The notes: generated by a model from the sequence alone, not told the origin. A stretch of DNA of 64,000 nt from Candidatus Omnitrophota bacterium (GCA_022072175.1 JAJVIE010000003.1:665840-729839); one strand, 5' to 3'; shown: positions 33,014-42,813, counted from the stretch's first letter. Numbers and translations are program-made.

Positions 33014-33615
33014 GAGACGGTCCTCACGAAATTACGCAACAGACGCAAGCCCTGCGACTGGCTCTTCTCCGGATGGAACTGCGTCGCCCAGATGGAGCCG
33101 CTCTCGACGGCCGCGCAGATCCGCGTGCCGTAGAAGGTCGTCGCCGCCAGACAGCCGGGATCCTCGGGGACCGCGTAGTACGAATGCACGAAGTAGTAGT
33201 ACGTTCCGTCCTTGATGCCCGACAGCAGCTTGGGTCGACCGCTCCGCTGGATGTCGTTCCAGCCCATATGCGGGACCTTGAGGCGGCCGCGGAAGCGCAC
33301 GACGCGGCCCTTGAGCAGTCCCAGGCCCCTGACACCCGGCGACTCTTCGCTCGACTCGAACAGCAACTGCAGTCCGAGGCAGAGACCGAGATAAGGCGTG
33401 CCGCTGCGGACCGCATCGCGGACGGACGCGTGCAGGCCCCTGCGGCGCAGTTCGCTGACAGCGTCCCCGTAGGCGCCGACACCAGGCAGCACGATCGCGC
33501 GGGCCCGGGTCAGCCCCGCCGCCGAATCGACGCGGCGCACCCGCGCGCCGGCCTCTTCGAGGGCTTTCTCCACACTGCGGAGATTGCCCATTCCATAATC
33601 GATCAGAGCGATCAC
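33010..33615 (-). CDS. hisH: IGP synthase glutaminase subunit
   Basis: DYGMGNLRSV, LPGVG, CLGLQ, YFVHSY, QFHPEKS. Confidence 0.96.
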   Translation of the reverse strand: MIALIDYGMGNLRSVEKALEEAGARVRRVDSAAGLTRARAIVLPGVGAYGDAVSELRRRGLHASVRDAVRSGTPYLGLCLGLQLLFESSEESPGVRGLGLLKGRVVRFRGRLKVPHMGWNDIQRSGRPKLLSGIKDGTYYYFVHSYYAVPEDPGCLAATTFYGTRICAAVESGSIWATQFHPEKSQSQGLRLLRNFVRTVS

Positions 33616-34253
33616 AGACGGCCTTTGGTCGAAGGGATCCCGCGCGTGCGGGCATCCGGCGTGACGGCCTGATCGAGCGCGCGGGCCAGGGCCTTGAACG
33701 TCGCCTCGATGACGTGATGCGGGTACTCTCCGGCGATCAGCTCGACGTGCAGTGTCGCGCCCATGTTGGCCGCCAAGGATTCCAGGAAATGCTTGGCGTC
33801 GGCCAGGGTGTAGTTCATCGCATTGGGCTTGGACCGCACGGCCGGATGCTCGACCCAGCGCGTTTTCGCCCGTGTGTGGAGATGGAACGAGCCCCTACCG
33901 CTCAAGTCCAGGCTCACCCGCGCTTCGGCGAGAGCCTCATCGAGCGGCGCGCGAAAGTCCCCGAACCTCCGGATGCCGGCCTTATCGCCGAGGGCCTGGC
34001 GGAAAGCCGTGCCGAGAGCGATGCCGACGTCCTCGTTGGTGTGGTGCGTGTCCACCTGCAGGTCACCTGTGGCCGTCAGTCGGATGTCGAAGCGTCCATG
34101 CTTGGCCATCGACTCGATCATGTGGTCCAAAAATGCGATGCCCGTCCGGACCCGCGAGCGTCCGGTGCCGTCCACCGACAGTTCGACGCGGATCGAGGTC
34201 TCTTTGGTGCGCCGGAGAAGTTTGGCGCTTCTTTTCGTGCGAGCCGACTTCAT
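33612..34253 (-). CDS. hisB: Imidazoleglycerol-phosphate dehydratase
   Basis: RRTKET, FLDHM, DTHHTNED, HHVIEATFKA. Confidence 0.96.
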   Translation of the reverse strand: MKSARTKRSAKLLRRTKETSIRVELSVDGTGRSRVRTGIAFLDHMIESMAKHGRFDIRLTATGDLQVDTHHTNEDVGIALGTAFRQALGDKAGIRRFGDFRAPLDEALAEARVSLDLSGRGSFHLHTRAKTRWVEHPAVRSKPNAMNYTLADAKHFLESLAANMGATLHVELIAGEYPHHVIEATFKALARALDQAVTPDARTRGIPSTKGRL

Positions 34254-35485
34254 TTGTGCACCGCCTTTTCGAAACGGATCCGGACCGACTCCATGTGACG
34301 CGGCAGGCCCTCGAGCGTGGCCAGGTGTTCGACGGCGCCTTTGACCCGCTCGAGCGCCTTGCGGCTATAGGAGATCACGTGCGAGCTCTTCAGGAAGTCG
34401 TGCACGCTGATCCCCGAGAAGAACCGCGCAGTCCCATTGGTCGGCAGGACGTGGCTCGGGCCCGCGACATAGTCGCCCACGGCCGTCGGCGTGTAGGGCC
34501 CGATGAAGATCGCGCCGGCGTGACGGATGTCCGGCAGGACGCGCTTGGGGTTGCGGACCATGATCTGCAGGTGTTCAGGGGCGATCTGGTTGACGATCTC
34601 AGCGCCCTGCTTGAGACTGGGCACCGCGACGATGTAACCTTTGATCTGCACGCGGCTGATGAGCCGCGCCAGGCGCTTGGAGGTGGTCACAAGGATAGAG
34701 GTCCCGTTGTGGTGCTCGGCCTGCGCGTGCAAGTCGGCGATCACGAAATCCGGGTCCGCCTCATCGTCCGCCAGCACGACGACCTCGCTGGGACCGGCGA
34801 CCATGTCGATGTCGCAGTAGCCGAACACTTGGCGCTTGGCCTCGGCGACGTAGGCGTTGCCGGGACCCACGATCTTGTCCACCCGGGGGATGGACCGTGT
34901 GCCGAAAGCCAGCGCGCCGATCGCCTGCGCCCCTCCCGCCTTGAAGACCCCGTCCACCTTGAGCAGGTTGGCCACCACCAGGATATGGGGGTCGACGCTC
35001 TTGTACTTGTTGGGCGGCGTGATCAGATAGACCTTCTTCACCCCGGCGAGCTTGGCCGGCAGCACCGTCATGTACACGGACGACGGCAGGGGCACCGTAC
35101 CCGAAGGGATGTAGATGCCGACGGACTCCAGCGGCCGAATCCGCTCCCCCAGCTCCACACCCTCTTCACGCACCGTCCTCCAGGAGCGCTTGACCTGTTT
35201 GCGGTAGAACTGATTGACGTTCTCCACCGCGACCTTGAGCGAGGCGATGAAATCCGGTCCGATGTTCTGATAGGCCCCGTTGATCTCGCTCTCGGTGGCG
35301 CGCAGCTCCTTGGGCGTCAGCCGCACCTTGTCGAAGCGGCGCGTGTAGCGGAGCACCGCGTCGTCCCCGCCGCTCTTGACGTCCTCAAGGATGCGGCGCA
35401 CGGTCTCCTCCACGCGGCGGTTACGCGTGGCGTTGCGTTGGAAGAGCTTCTGGAACTTCTGGCTCGAGGGCTTGACGATCTGCAT
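34250..35485 (-). CDS. hisD: Histidinol dehydrogenase
   Basis: GGAQAI, GPGNAYV, AGPSE, AQAEH, APEHL, GDYVAGPSHVLPT. Confidence 0.96.
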   Translation of the reverse strand: MQIVKPSSQKFQKLFQRNATRNRRVEETVRRILEDVKSGGDDAVLRYTRRFDKVRLTPKELRATESEINGAYQNIGPDFIASLKVAVENVNQFYRKQVKRSWRTVREEGVELGERIRPLESVGIYIPSGTVPLPSSVYMTVLPAKLAGVKKVYLITPPNKYKSVDPHILVVANLLKVDGVFKAGGAQAIGALAFGTRSIPRVDKIVGPGNAYVAEAKRQVFGYCDIDMVAGPSEVVVLADDEADPDFVIADLHAQAEHHNGTSILVTTSKRLARLISRVQIKGYIVAVPSLKQGAEIVNQIAPEHLQIMVRNPKRVLPDIRHAGAIFIGPYTPTAVGDYVAGPSHVLPTNGTARFFSGISVHDFLKSSHVISYSRKALERVKGAVEHLATLEGLPRHMESVRIRFEKAVHK

Positions 35486-38067
35486 CAATTCTTCTCCGTG
35501 AGCGTGCGCCGCGCCAACTGTGCCGCGAGGCCCAGCGCTTCGGCGGCGCGCGAAATTTCCTTGGACCCCCCGGTCGCGAAGTCGGGCTTGCCCCCGCCGG
35601 ACCCGCCGATGGCCTTGGCGATCTCCTTCACCGTGTTGCCGCAGTGAAATCCCTTCTTGACCGCCTCGGACCCGGCCGAGAGCGTGAACGAGAACTTGTC
35701 CTCGAACACCGAAACCACGGCCGCCACATGAGAGGCGTCGGACTTACGAAGCGCCTCAAGCTCGCGCCGGATGAGCTCGGGGTCGGCGTTGTTGAAGCTC
35801 AACTCCAGACAGCGGACCCCCGCGAAACTGCTTGCCCCTCCCAATCCCTCGGTCAATCTCTGGCGGACCCGGCTCTGCGCCTGTCCGGACAGACGGTCGC
35901 GCAGGCTCCTGAGCCGCTCGACCTCCATACGGATCCGCCCGACGGTCTGTTCGGGGCTCGGGGACGAGAACTCCCGCTGGAGTTCCTTGAGCTCGGCCCG
36001 GGCCGCTTCCAGCATCGCGTCGGCGGCGCGTCCGGTGACGGCCTCGATCCGGCGCACGCCCGCCTGGATGGAGCTCTCGGAGGTGATCCTGAAAGACCCG
36101 ATCTGCCCGGTCTCGCGCAAGTGCGTGCCACCGCAAAGCTCCTTCGAAAAATCCCCGATGGTCACGACGCGGACCGTGTCGCCGTACTTCTCGCCGAAGA
36201 ACGCGATGGCACCCTCCTTGATCGCATCGTCCTTGGAGAGCTCGCGCTTGTCGAGCGGGGTGTTCTTGGAGATCTCGGTGTTGACGAGCGTCTCGATCTC
36301 CGCGATCTTGTCCGGACCCACGGCCTGGAAGTGGGTGAAGTCGAAACGCAGGTGGTCCGCCGCCACCAACGATCCGGATTGCTTGACGTGATCGCCGAGC
36401 GCGCGGCGCAGAGCCGCGTGCAACAGGTGCGTGGCGGTATGGTTCTTCATGATGTCGGCGCGGCGGACCGCGTCGACAGCCAACGCGTACGTTGTGCCGG
36501 GCCTGAAGGCGCCTTGTTTGACGACGACCTTGTGCGCGATGCAGTGGTCCATCTTCTGCGTGTCCAGGACATCGGCTTCGGCCCCTGCCCCGGCGATCCG
36601 TCCGGCATCGCCGATCTGGCCGCCGGACTCCGCGTAGAACGGAGACTTGTCGAACAACAGCACGCCCTCCTCGCCAGCCTTGAGCTCGGGGACGATGGCG
36701 TCGCCCTTGACGGCGCGAAGCAGGTTCGCCCGGGGCTCCTCGGTCGCATCGTAACCCAGGAAGCGCGTGGGACCCAGGCCGTCGATCAAGTGATAGAAAC
36801 CCTTGGAGAAGATCTCCCCGGCGATCTTCGAGGATTCGCGCGAGCGCTTCTTCTGCTCCGACAGCAACGCCTCGAACCGCTCGGGATCGAGCGTGACGCC
36901 GACCGTCTGAGCGGCCTCCTGGATCAACTCGAACGGCAATCCGTGCGTATCGTAGAACTTGAACGCCGTCGCGGCCGGGTCCTTGGACGCCGGTAGCTCC
37001 GACTTGAGCGCGGGCACCCGAGTGCGGATGATCTCCCAGAACGCCCTCTCCTCGTTCTCGATGATGCCCGTGATCGTCTTCTGACGCTCGGAGATCTCCG
37101 GGTAGACCCCGCCGTACACATCGACCACCGCCGGGATCAGCTTGTGGAAGACCCCGCTGTCGACGGCACCCGCCTTCTGCAGATGGTCGCTGGCCAGGCG
37201 GATGATCTTGCGGATCACATAACCGCGGCCTTCATTGGACGGCAGCGCGCCGTCGGCGATGGAGAACACGGCCGCTCGGATGTGGTCGAGCACCGCGTTC
37301 TCGCGCGCCCGCTCCTTGCCCGGCGTCTTGAGCAAGCGGTGGAGCTCCGCGCGCAGGCGCACGAAGTTATCGGTGTCAAAATTGGACTCCACACCCTGGA
37401 TGACCGCGGCGCAGCGCTCAAGACCCATGCCGGTGTCGATATTGGGCTGGGGCAGCGGCGGCAGGGACCCATCGGACTGGCGGTTGTAGCCGGTGAAGAC
37501 GAGGTTCCAGATCTCCACGCCCTTGCCAGGCACTTCACCCACGTAGATCTCCGAGCAGGGGCCGCACGGACCGTTAGGGCCGTCCTTGGGCGCGTTGGAA
37601 GGCCAGAAGTTGTCCTCAGCGCCCATGCGGACGATGCGCGCCTCGGGCACGCCCATCTTCTTCTTCCAGATGTCGAACGCTTCCTGGTCCTCCTCGTAGA
37701 CGGAGACCCAGAGCTTGTCCTTGGGGAGGCCGAGCTCGCGCGTAACGAACTCCCACCCCATCTCGATGGCGCCTTCTTTGAAATAGTCGCCGAAAGAGAA
37801 GTTACCGAGCATCTCGAAGAAGCTGTGGTGATAATTGGTCTTGCCGACACGATCGAGGTCGGCGGTGCGCAGGCATTTCTGACAGCTGGTGGCCCGTTTG
37901 ACGTCCTTCTTGAGCCCGAGGAAATACGGCTTGAACTGGTTCATGCCAGCGCCCGTGAAGAGCAGCGACGGATCGTCCGCCGGCACGAGCGAGTCGCTGG
38001 GGAACAGGCGGTGGGCCTTCCGTTCGAAGAATTGCAGGTAGGTCTTACGAAGTTCGTCGGTCTTCAT
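35485..38067 (-). CDS. alaS: Alanine--tRNA ligase
   Basis: AGMNQFK, FEMLGNFSFGDYFK, IDTGMGLER, editing motifs NHTATH and ELCGGTH, GGSGGGKP. Confidence 0.98.
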   Translation of the reverse strand: MKTDELRKTYLQFFERKAHRLFPSDSLVPADDPSLLFTGAGMNQFKPYFLGLKKDVKRATSCQKCLRTADLDRVGKTNYHHSFFEMLGNFSFGDYFKEGAIEMGWEFVTRELGLPKDKLWVSVYEEDQEAFDIWKKKMGVPEARIVRMGAEDNFWPSNAPKDGPNGPCGPCSEIYVGEVPGKGVEIWNLVFTGYNRQSDGSLPPLPQPNIDTGMGLERCAAVIQGVESNFDTDNFVRLRAELHRLLKTPGKERARENAVLDHIRAAVFSIADGALPSNEGRGYVIRKIIRLASDHLQKAGAVDSGVFHKLIPAVVDVYGGVYPEISERQKTITGIIENEERAFWEIIRTRVPALKSELPASKDPAATAFKFYDTHGLPFELIQEAAQTVGVTLDPERFEALLSEQKKRSRESSKIAGEIFSKGFYHLIDGLGPTRFLGYDATEEPRANLLRAVKGDAIVPELKAGEEGVLLFDKSPFYAESGGQIGDAGRIAGAGAEADVLDTQKMDHCIAHKVVVKQGAFRPGTTYALAVDAVRRADIMKNHTATHLLHAALRRALGDHVKQSGSLVAADHLRFDFTHFQAVGPDKIAEIETLVNTEISKNTPLDKRELSKDDAIKEGAIAFFGEKYGDTVRVVTIGDFSKELCGGTHLRETGQIGSFRITSESSIQAGVRRIEAVTGRAADAMLEAARAELKELQREFSSPSPEQTVGRIRMEVERLRSLRDRLSGQAQSRVRQRLTEGLGGASSFAGVRCLELSFNNADPELIRRELEALRKSDASHVAAVVSVFEDKFSFTLSAGSEAVKKGFHCGNTVKEIAKAIGGSGGGKPDFATGGSKEISRAAEALGLAAQLARRTLTEKN

Positions 38068-38082
38068 GTGGCGGCGTTCCCG

Positions 38083-38604
38083 TCACTCCACTTTGAGGTG
38101 CTTGTCGAACAACTTGAAGATCAAACCTTCCCCGAACCCCCTGCGGCGCAGGAGGCCGTACAGGCGCGCCCTGCGCTTGTCCGCCGCAAGACCCGGCATC
38201 TTGGCCAGCCGCCGGAGCAGGAGCGTCTCGGCCGCCGACAGTTCGTCCTCGGGACTCAACCCCGACATCGCTTCGGACACCGTGCGCTCGGCGAACCCGC
38301 GCCGGCGGAGCTCCTGGGCGATCCTCACGCGGCCGAGACCCGCCGAAGCGGCCTTGGCCGAAGCCATCATGCGCGCCACCCGACCGTCGTCGACCAGACC
38401 GGCCGAGGCCAGCTTGTCCACGGCCGCTTCGGCGGTCGCGCGGTCATGGCCTTTATCCGCCAGTCGCTTCAACAGCTCCGCGCGGCTCCTGGGCCGGTAC
38501 GAGAGGAGGCGCAGGGCGTCGCTCTGCGCTCGGACCGACGGATCCTCCGAAACGGCAAGCCCGGCCTTGTCGCGGCCGGGCTTGGGACGCTGTCGGAACG
38601 TCAA
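38083..38604 (-). CDS. recX: Regulatory protein RecX
   Basis: [33 protein letters not shown]; overlaps the recA stop. Confidence 0.9.
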   Translation of the reverse strand: MTFRQRPKPGRDKAGLAVSEDPSVRAQSDALRLLSYRPRSRAELLKRLADKGHDRATAEAAVDKLASAGLVDDGRVARMMASAKAASAGLGRVRIAQELRRRGFAERTVSEAMSGLSPEDELSAAETLLLRRLAKMPGLAADKRRARLYGLLRRRGFGEGLIFKLFDKHLKVE

Positions 38605-39647
38605 GCGGCGGTGACGGCGGTGGACTTATCGAGGATCTTCTTCTCGATCTCCGCCAGGACCTTAGGATTCTCGCGCAGGTACGCCTTGGCGTTCTCGCGA
38701 CCCTGACCCAGTCGCTCGTCCCCGTAGAGGATCCAGCTACCGCTCGCCTTGGTGATCTCGTAGGTCTCCGCCATGTCCAGCACGCTGCCGAGGAACGAGA
38801 CGCCCTCGTCGTACATCAGGTCGAACTCCGCTTGCTTGAAGGGCGGCGCGACCTTGTTCTTGACGACCTTCACGCGTACGCGGCCGCCGACGTTCTCCTC
38901 GCCACGCTTGATCTGCGCGATACGCCGGATGTCGAGACGGACGGACGAGTAGAATTTCAGCGCCCTGCCGCCCGGGGTCGTTTCCGGGTTGCCGTACATG
39001 ACACCGATCTTCTCGCGCAGCTGGTTGATGAACACCAGGCAAGACTTGGACTTGGAGATGACCGCCGTCAGCTTGCGCAGCGCATGGCTCATGAGCCGGG
39101 CCTGCAGACCCACGTGCGAGTCGCCCATATCGCCCTCGATCTCGGCCTTGGGCACCAGGGCCGCCACCGAGTCGACGACGATCAGATCGACCGCGTTGGA
39201 GCGCACGAGCATCTCAGTGATCTCCAGCGCCTGCTCTCCGGTGTCCGGCTGGGAGATGAGGAGCTCATCGAGGTTCACCCCGAGCTTCTTGGCGTACGCG
39301 GAGTCGAAGGCATGCTCCGCGTCGATAAAGGCGGCGGTGCCCTTCTGCTTCTGGGCCTGCGCGATGATGCTCAAGGTCAGGGTGGTCTTGCCGCTCGACT
39401 CGGGTCCGTAGATCTCCACGATGCGACCGCGCGGGATACCGCCCACGCCCAACGCGATGTCCAGCGACATCGCGCCCGTCGGAATGACGGACACGTCCGC
39501 CTTGACGTTCTGGCCCAGGGTCATGATGGACCCTTTGCCGAACTGCTTCTCGATCTGCGATACGGCCGCATCGAGTGCCCGGCGCTTTTCGGCCAGGATC
39601 AGCTTCGGGTCGGGCCTGTCTTCTTTGCGCTCCTTGATCTTCGACAT
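38601..39647 (-). CDS. recA: Recombinase A
   Basis: [33 protein letters not shown]. Confidence 0.99.
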   Translation of the reverse strand: MSKIKERKEDRPDPKLILAEKRRALDAAVSQIEKQFGKGSIMTLGQNVKADVSVIPTGAMSLDIALGVGGIPRGRIVEIYGPESSGKTTLTLSIIAQAQKQKGTAAFIDAEHAFDSAYAKKLGVNLDELLISQPDTGEQALEITEMLVRSNAVDLIVVDSVAALVPKAEIEGDMGDSHVGLQARLMSHALRKLTAVISKSKSCLVFINQLREKIGVMYGNPETTPGGRALKFYSSVRLDIRRIAQIKRGEENVGGRVRVKVVKNKVAPPFKQAEFDLMYDEGVSFLGSVLDMAETYEITKASGSWILYGDERLGQGRENAKAYLRENPKVLAEIEKKILDKSTAVTAA

Positions 39648-39725
39648 GAGGTCCCACTGCCTCCGGTGTTATCTCTTTCGCTGTGAACAGGTTACGAGCT
39701 GGCGGCCTCTGCTCCAGAGGTATGC

Positions 39726-39754
39726 ATTATACCCCCCGTCCGAGGGGGTGTAAA
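39726..39754 (-). promoter_or_regulatory. Sigma70 promoter of recA with a palindromic spacer
   Basis: TTTACA (39754-39749)-N17-TATAAT (39731-39726). Confidence 0.8.
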
Positions 39755-39815
39755 GCCTCCGCGCCATCCTATAAGTCGTCGTGGGGGCTCGATTTCGTTC
39801 ACTTCGGGACCGGGA

Positions 39816-39845
39816 TTGTGCCTGCCCGGTGCGCGGGTCTATAAT
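39816..39845 (+). promoter_or_regulatory. Promoter of cinA (probably leaderless)
   Basis: TTGTGC-N18-TATAAT; ATG only 6 nt after the -10 hexamer, no SD. Confidence 0.65.
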
Positions 39846-39851
39846 GTCCGC

Positions 39852-41111
39852 ATGCTCGCCGAGATCCTCTCCGTCGGCACCGAGCTTTTGCTCGGCACGA
39901 CGCTCAATACCAACGCCCGCTATCTCGCCGAGAGACTGGCCGAGATCTCGGTGGACGTCCATCGCCACGTGACGGTGGGCGACAACCCCGCGCGTCTGAG
40001 GGCCGCTTTCGAGGAGGCCTCGCGGCGAGCCGACCTCATCATCACCACCGGCGGACTGGGACCGACGGAAGACGATGTGACGATGGCCTCCTTCGCGGCG
40101 TTCGCGGGCCTCGGGCTCCGCAGGGACCCCCGCACGATCGGACACATCACCCGCCAGCTGGCCCGCCGTGGCAAGCAACTGACCCCCCTGATCGAACGGC
40201 AGTCGTTGGTCCCCGTCGGCGCGCGGATCTTCCAGAACCCGGTCGGTACGGCTCCGGCGGTGCTCGCCCGCGTGCGGCGGCGGGAACGAACGGTGCACGC
40301 CTTGCTCCTCCCGGGTCCGCCGCGGGAGATGCGGCCGCTCTACCGGATCGCTCGGGCACACCTGGTTCGACTGACCCCGCGTTCCCGGCGCACGGTCTTC
40401 GTCGTTCGCCGTATCCGCATCACCGGACCCACGGAGGCCGAGGTCGCCTCTCACGTACCGGACCTGCTCAAACTGCCCCCGCCGTTGACGGTCGGTATCT
40501 ATGCCAAGCCCGGTGAGGTCGAGCTGCGGGCGATGTGCAAGGCCCGTACGCGCCCTGCGGCCGACCGCGCCCTGTCCCGTATCGAGAGGGATGTGCGCCG
40601 GCGCCTGGGTCCGGCGGTATACGGGACCGGCGAGTCGGACCTGCCCGCGGTGGTCGGGGAACTGCTCCATAGGAGTCGCATGACGTTGGCCACGGCGGAG
40701 TCCTGCACCGGAGGACTGCTCTCCAAACTGTTGACCGATGTTCCAGGGAGCTCGTCGTATTTCCTGGGAGGGGTCGTCTCTTACCATGACCGGATCAAGA
40801 GACGCTTTCTCGGTGTACCGGCCGCTCTGCTGAAGCGCCATGGCGCCGTCAGCCGTCAGGTCGCCTTGCGCATGGCCGCCGAAGCGCGTCGACGCTTCGG
40901 CTCGGACGTCGCCGTGGCGATCACGGGGGTCGCCGGGCCTGCCGGAGGATCCGCGATCAAGCCTGTAGGATCCGTGCACATCGCGCTGGCGGATCGCCGG
41001 GGGGCGCGTTGTGAGCTGTATCGTTTTACGGGTAATCGCGAGGACGTACGCGCTCGTGCCGCGCACAAGGCGCTCGACCTACTGCGCCTCCGGCTATTGG
41101 TTCAACGGTAG
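39852..41111 (+). CDS. cinA: CinA (MocF-like domain + PncC NMN deamidase)
   Basis: VGTELLLG..NTN, VGDN, GGLGPTEDDVT, LPGPPREM, TAESCTGG, ITGVAGP. Confidence 0.95.
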   Translation: MLAEILSVGTELLLGTTLNTNARYLAERLAEISVDVHRHVTVGDNPARLRAAFEEASRRADLIITTGGLGPTEDDVTMASFAAFAGLGLRRDPRTIGHITRQLARRGKQLTPLIERQSLVPVGARIFQNPVGTAPAVLARVRRRERTVHALLLPGPPREMRPLYRIARAHLVRLTPRSRRTVFVVRRIRITGPTEAEVASHVPDLLKLPPPLTVGIYAKPGEVELRAMCKARTRPAADRALSRIERDVRRRLGPAVYGTGESDLPAVVGELLHRSRMTLATAESCTGGLLSKLLTDVPGSSSYFLGGVVSYHDRIKRRFLGVPAALLKRHGAVSRQVALRMAAEARRRFGSDVAVAITGVAGPAGGSAIKPVGSVHIALADRRGARCELYRFTGNREDVRARAAHKALDLLRLRLLVQR

Positions 41112-41776
41112 GCCAAGGACATCCAGGCCGAGAAGATCCGGAGCGTCTGAGCACCGAGCCTCTCGTGGCGCGCGCGCCAGTACCGGACGTATTCCTCGAG
41201 CTCCGGCCCCTCCGGGAACCACTGCCGGAGCATCGACTCATCGATCTCCGTGTGGTATTGGACCCCGTAAGCCCTGCTCCCCCACCTGAACGCCTGGTGT
41301 TCGACACGCTCGCCCCGGTGGATCAACACCGCTCCTTCCGGAAGATCGAAAGTGTCCCCGTGCCACTGAAAAACACTGAGCTTCGGACCCAGCTCCGGTC
41401 CGAAGACCTCATCGGGGGCCGAGGTCCGATCGACCGTATCCCATCCGATCTCCTCGCAAGGGGCCTTATAGACACGAGCGCCCAGAGAGCGGGCCAGCAG
41501 CTGCGCTCCGAGACAGATCCCGAAATACGGCTTACCGTCACGGACACAACGCGCGATCAGTTGCTTTTCGACTCCCAGGAACGGGTAACGGGCGTCCTCG
41601 TCGACGTTCATCGGACCCCCCAGGACCAATAGAGCGCCGACGTTCTCCGGCGCGGGCAGCGGCTCGCCCGCGTACAGTCTCACGACCGTATGGGACCTGC
41701 CCGTAGAAACCAACGCGGCGGACCACAGGCCGGCGGGTTCGTTCTCGACGTGCTGGAGGACGTAAAGCGTCTTCAT
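41102..41776 (-). CDS. Stand-alone type 1 glutamine amidotransferase
   Basis: LGGPM, GICLGAQ (Cys), QWHGD, QYHTE (His-x-Glu). Confidence 0.9.
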   Translation of the reverse strand: MKTLYVLQHVENEPAGLWSAALVSTGRSHTVVRLYAGEPLPAPENVGALLVLGGPMNVDEDARYPFLGVEKQLIARCVRDGKPYFGICLGAQLLARSLGARVYKAPCEEIGWDTVDRTSAPDEVFGPELGPKLSVFQWHGDTFDLPEGAVLIHRGERVEHQAFRWGSRAYGVQYHTEIDESMLRQWFPEGPELEEYVRYWRARHERLGAQTLRIFSAWMSLAYR

Positions 41777-42225
41777 ATCCATCCGATGCGTACGGCGCCC
41801 CAGGTCAGCGCCAGCGTCACCGCTCCGGCGGCCAGATCGTCCCACATGATGCTGGCGGGGGTCCCGAGCCTCTGGATGAGGATGATCGGCCAAGGCTTGA
41901 CCGTGTCGAGCGCCCTGAAGAGGATGAACGCGGTCAGGTACGGCATCGGCTCGGCGGGCACGAAGAGCACGGAGAGGATCATACCCGCGGTCTCATCGAG
42001 CACGAACCGCTTGGGATCAGGGTCGTCAAAAGCCCGGACGGCCGCTCGGGCGATGGCGAACCCCAATATGGTGGTGAGCGCCAACAAGGGCCACTTGAGG
42101 CCGGGCCAGGACCACACGAGAGCGAGTCCCGCCGCGCTTCCGACGGTCCCCGAGATGCCGGGGATATATCCGCACCCGAACGTCGAGGCCAGCGCCCGCA
42201 CGATCCGGGCGGCGCCGGTCCTCAA
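41773..42225 (-). CDS. pgpA: Phosphatidylglycerophosphatase A
   Basis: GYIPGISGTVGS, DPKRFVLDE, FRALDTVKPWP, DDLAAG; TTG start overlaps the pgsA stop. Confidence 0.92.
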   Translation of the reverse strand: MRTGAARIVRALASTFGCGYIPGISGTVGSAAGLALVWSWPGLKWPLLALTTILGFAIARAAVRAFDDPDPKRFVLDETAGMILSVLFVPAEPMPYLTAFILFRALDTVKPWPIILIQRLGTPASIMWDDLAAGAVTLALTWGAVRIGWI

Positions 42226-42788
42226 GAGCGGGCTCCCGGCACCCTCGATGCGCTCAGATACACGCGCAGTCCGGACCAGAGGGTCATCACGACCACCGCG
42301 TACATGCCCCACAACAAGGCCTGCTCGACGGCCTCGTGGGGCCAGACGGCCGGCAGCGCGTCACGTCCGCAGATATGAACGAGCGCCGCGAGGATGTAGG
42401 CGAGCTGCAGGATCGTCTTGTTCTTTCCGGAGCGGCGCACAGTGGCGCGGTCTTCCGATCCGGGCGTCAGACGCAGCAGCGTCACGGCGATGTCCCGCAA
42501 GGCCATGACGAGCACCGTCCACCCCGGGATCAACGCGAGGAACCACAGCGACGTGAAACAGGTCAGTGTCAGCGCCTTGTCCGCGATCGGGTCCAGCATG
42601 GCTCCGAGCCGGGTGACCTGTCCCGTGCGCCGGGCCAGCTCCCCGTCCCAGTAATCCGTCAGCGCCGCCAACACGAAGAGCGCCGCGGCCGCGGCGGCCG
42701 TCTCCGGGCCGCCCACGAAGAGACACGCGGCGATGACGAACGCCAGGCCGATCCTCGAGAGAGTGATCGCGATGGGTAGATTGATCAC
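42222..42788 (-). CDS. pgsA: CDP-diacylglycerol--glycerol-3-phosphate 3-phosphatidyltransferase
   Basis: TDYWDGELAR...GAMLDPIADK, GKNKT; rimO-pgsA-pgpA synteny. Confidence 0.9.
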   Translation of the reverse strand: MINLPIAITLSRIGLAFVIAACLFVGGPETAAAAAALFVLAALTDYWDGELARRTGQVTRLGAMLDPIADKALTLTCFTSLWFLALIPGWTVLVMALRDIAVTLLRLTPGSEDRATVRRSGKNKTILQLAYILAALVHICGRDALPAVWPHEAVEQALLWGMYAVVVMTLWSGLRVYLSASRVPGARS

Positions 42789-42813
42789 GGTCCGGGGATC
42801 CCGCGCGGACCGC

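Noticed and set aside
39683-39695. GTGAACAGGTTAC in the recA leader as a LexA box
   Set aside because: The spacing is GAAC-N2-GTTA, not GAAC-N4-GTTC, and I saw no second copy near uvrB.
39669-41066. 465-aa minus-strand ORF that would keep the strand uniform upstream of recA
   Set aside because: It is an Arg/Gly-rich shadow with no motifs, while the plus strand encodes a clear CinA.
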